A stretch of DNA of 63,632 nt, counting the filler, from Neolecta irregularis DAH-3 (lineage: Eukaryota), in NCBI GenBank assembly GCA_001929475.1. It is 7 parts of 7 records of this genome, joined end to end, with 100 filler letters (N's around TTAATTAATTAA, not from the genome) between each part and the next. Parts side by side here need not be neighbours in the genome. Positions count along the whole stretch, not along the records: positions 60,917 to 62,225 come from LXFE01000494.1; positions 62,326 to 63,632 come from LXFE01003918.1; 5 more parts are not named here. The stretch is one strand, 5' to 3'. Made by a program: the position numbers and the translations under genes. A model generated the notes under the pieces. That model did not search any database. It worked only from the letters and a program-made list of their open reading frames with translations, and was not told the origin of the DNA. Positions 61,445 to 63,632 of this stretch are shown here, piece by piece. Numbering within the stretch: the first letter of the stretch is position 1; every line of letters starts with the position of its first letter.

Positions 61445-62325
61445 TTTCTTTTCCAAATATCGACAAGAATTTTATAGAGAAGTGGTCGAATGAAGGACTC
61501 GAATGATTTCAGAGTTTTTCAAGAGGGGTTAAGCGGATTCGCCAGGAATCCCCAACACCTGCATCACCCATTGTAATACGAAATACAAGGGAGGATGATG
61601 ATAATAAGTTCACAGCAAGCAGCTCTAGCTCATTGCCTTTGTTCCAGTGTTGGGGATGGGCCAAAGCCCATGAGCTTTTTTGAGGGTTTGGCCCGAACCA
61701 TGGATTTTTCCTTGACTGGCCCATGGGCTAGGATGGGCTTTTTCTGGGCACGGCTCATGGCCTGGGCCACCTTAATAGGATCATACTATTTATATCCTAT
61801 ATTGATGCTATTTATATTCAGTTTTATCAAAATGAATCTATATATTGAATAACACACTTTCAAATCCCACCCCAGAATTCTAGGACTCCATAAATGTCAC
61901 GAACCAAAAGAATGGGAAAGATAATCACAATGCTCACCAAGGTTAATCCTGATAGATCTCTACACCTTCAAATGTGGCCGAAATGTTATAATTCGACAGG
62001 CTTTTTGGAATTACACGCCACAATTTTCACCTTGTCGACCTGCAACGTTTCATTTTCGAACCGGAACTGTGGGTGCTTGATAATGAAAGTCCAGACTTCG
62101 TCACAGAAACGGTATGTTTTGAGGTGGTGTACGTTTGAAAGTACCCGCATGGCTAGTTACGGGGTGATTCGACGATCGCCGACTAATTCGTCGAGGGCAT
62201 CTAACAGTGCGACGCCGCAACTATGNNNNNNNNNNNNNNNNNNNNNNNNNNNNNNNNNNNNNNNNNNNNTTAATTAATTAANNNNNNNNNNNNNNNNNNN
62301 NNNNNNNNNNNNNNNNNNNNNNNNN

Positions 62326-63404
62326 GGGGTAGTTAAGTTATTGTTGCTTGCTGAAGTAATATAGTTGATTGCTGGGGTAATATTGTTGTTTTGACATTGT
62401 TGCTTGCTGAGGTAACATCATTGATTTCTGGGGTAATGAAGTTGATTTCTTCTGTCTTCTTCTTCCAATACTTCATAGGTCCTGTAGGTCCTCATAGTTC
62501 AGGGCAATTCATTGACCAATGGTTCACATTCGGTTTATGACAATAGAAACATCCATTGGTGTCTGTTAGATACTTTCTTTGTTGTGGTGATAATGGTGAT
62601 GACTTTGTTGAAGGTACTGGTTTAGAAGTTACTAGTTTGTTAGGACATTTCTGATTAAAAGCTTTTTGAGGTTGAACTGGATTCAGATTTCGATTATAAA
62701 CTTGCTGAGGTTGACCTGGATTTGGGGTTCCTTGATACTGGGGGTAGATCCTGTTCTTCTGGGTATTCTGGTCAAATCGTTTCAAGAGTTAGCATTGTTC
62801 TGAGTGGTTCAGGACTGCATCAAAGTTTTCAGCAATTCTTGAACATTCATAAAAGCATGCATTCTTCGGAGTGATTGGCTTGGCCCTATCATAGACTCTG
62901 TGGTTATGCTCTCCCAAAGTTTAGTTGTTGCTACCCATTCAGTGATTTGAGGGATTAATCTTCTGTATTTTCACAATTCGGAGACATAACTGCTCAGGGG
63001 CTGGTTTCCTTGTTGTAAGCTGTTCCATTCATCTAGCAGTGTAGTATTGATTGTTGCAGGGATAAAACATCCAGGATTTCCTTCTTGAACTGGTCCCAGG
63101 TTTGGTGATGGGGCCTCAATTCCGCCGCCAGAACACTAAAACGCGTTTTGTTAGGTCCACAGCCCTCCGGTTGCGCTGATTTTAGGCTCGTTGGAAAGCA
63201 CTCGTAAAGGCGCATCTTTTCGTGGTATTTTTGATTTCTTGGGGTCAAGTTGAATTTGATCACATTTTGCTGTTGTTTACTGATAGGTACTCCTTGGACA
63301 TTCCTAAAACGAGATTCGTGGTTGACCATTAGATTTGCCTTCAAATCTGATGCTGAGGGTACTTCTTTAGCTGGGATTACTTGGTTTGCTTCATGGATGA
63401 ACAT
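62326..63404 (-). mobile_element. Degenerate Ty3/Gypsy-like gag
   Basis: Capsid-like TWDQFKKEIL and a zinc knuckle CFYCHKPNVNHWSMNC; broken by stops and frameshifts. Confidence 0.7.
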
Positions 63405-63632
63405 TGTTGGTGATTTCCTCTAAGTCCTGCTGGTAAGAATTGTTTTGGGTCATGTGACATTGCATGTTGACCACTGTGAATGTTGTGAGTATGCACAGCA
63501 TACTTACAGGTAACTTGATGACAGGGGTAGCACAGTAGTGTTAGATTTAATTTTTCCCCTGTATCACCTCCAATATTCAACAGTTTGACCTGGGACCACT
63601 CTCATTGGATCCACCTCATTAATCTGCACCTG

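Overview
This is compact, intron-rich fungal nuclear DNA. It is made of seven contigs joined by six artificial N-TTAATTAATTAA-N spacers, so adjacency across a spacer is not evidence of linkage. Tiny 34-45 nt introns, the gene content and a NoxR gene suggest an early-diverging ascomycete, possibly Neolecta-like Taphrinomycotina (inference). Recognisable genes: a Sel1-repeat Chs4-like protein, MEU1, an AlkB-family dioxygenase, a Rad5/16-like SNF2 ATPase, MED13, an F-box protein, Hsp20, an MDR oxidoreductase, IDH2, a secreted FAD oxidase, CSN6, an RNAi RdRP, uricase, NoxR, tRNA-Leu(TAG), PAM16, a Pcl-type cyclin, a PWWP protein and SKI3. The most notable signals are: (1) at least six tiny introns that need non-consensus GC donors, plus several GAG acceptors; (2) three genes that each have a decayed same-orientation fragment of themselves 0.8-3 kb upstream; (3) a nested transposon cluster at 26.5-28.2 kb containing a solo LTR whose empty site is visible in the window; and (4) short solo LTRs with 4-bp target duplications, and MITEs. 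No prokaryote-type system such as CRISPR is supported. Exon boundaries were inferred by eye.
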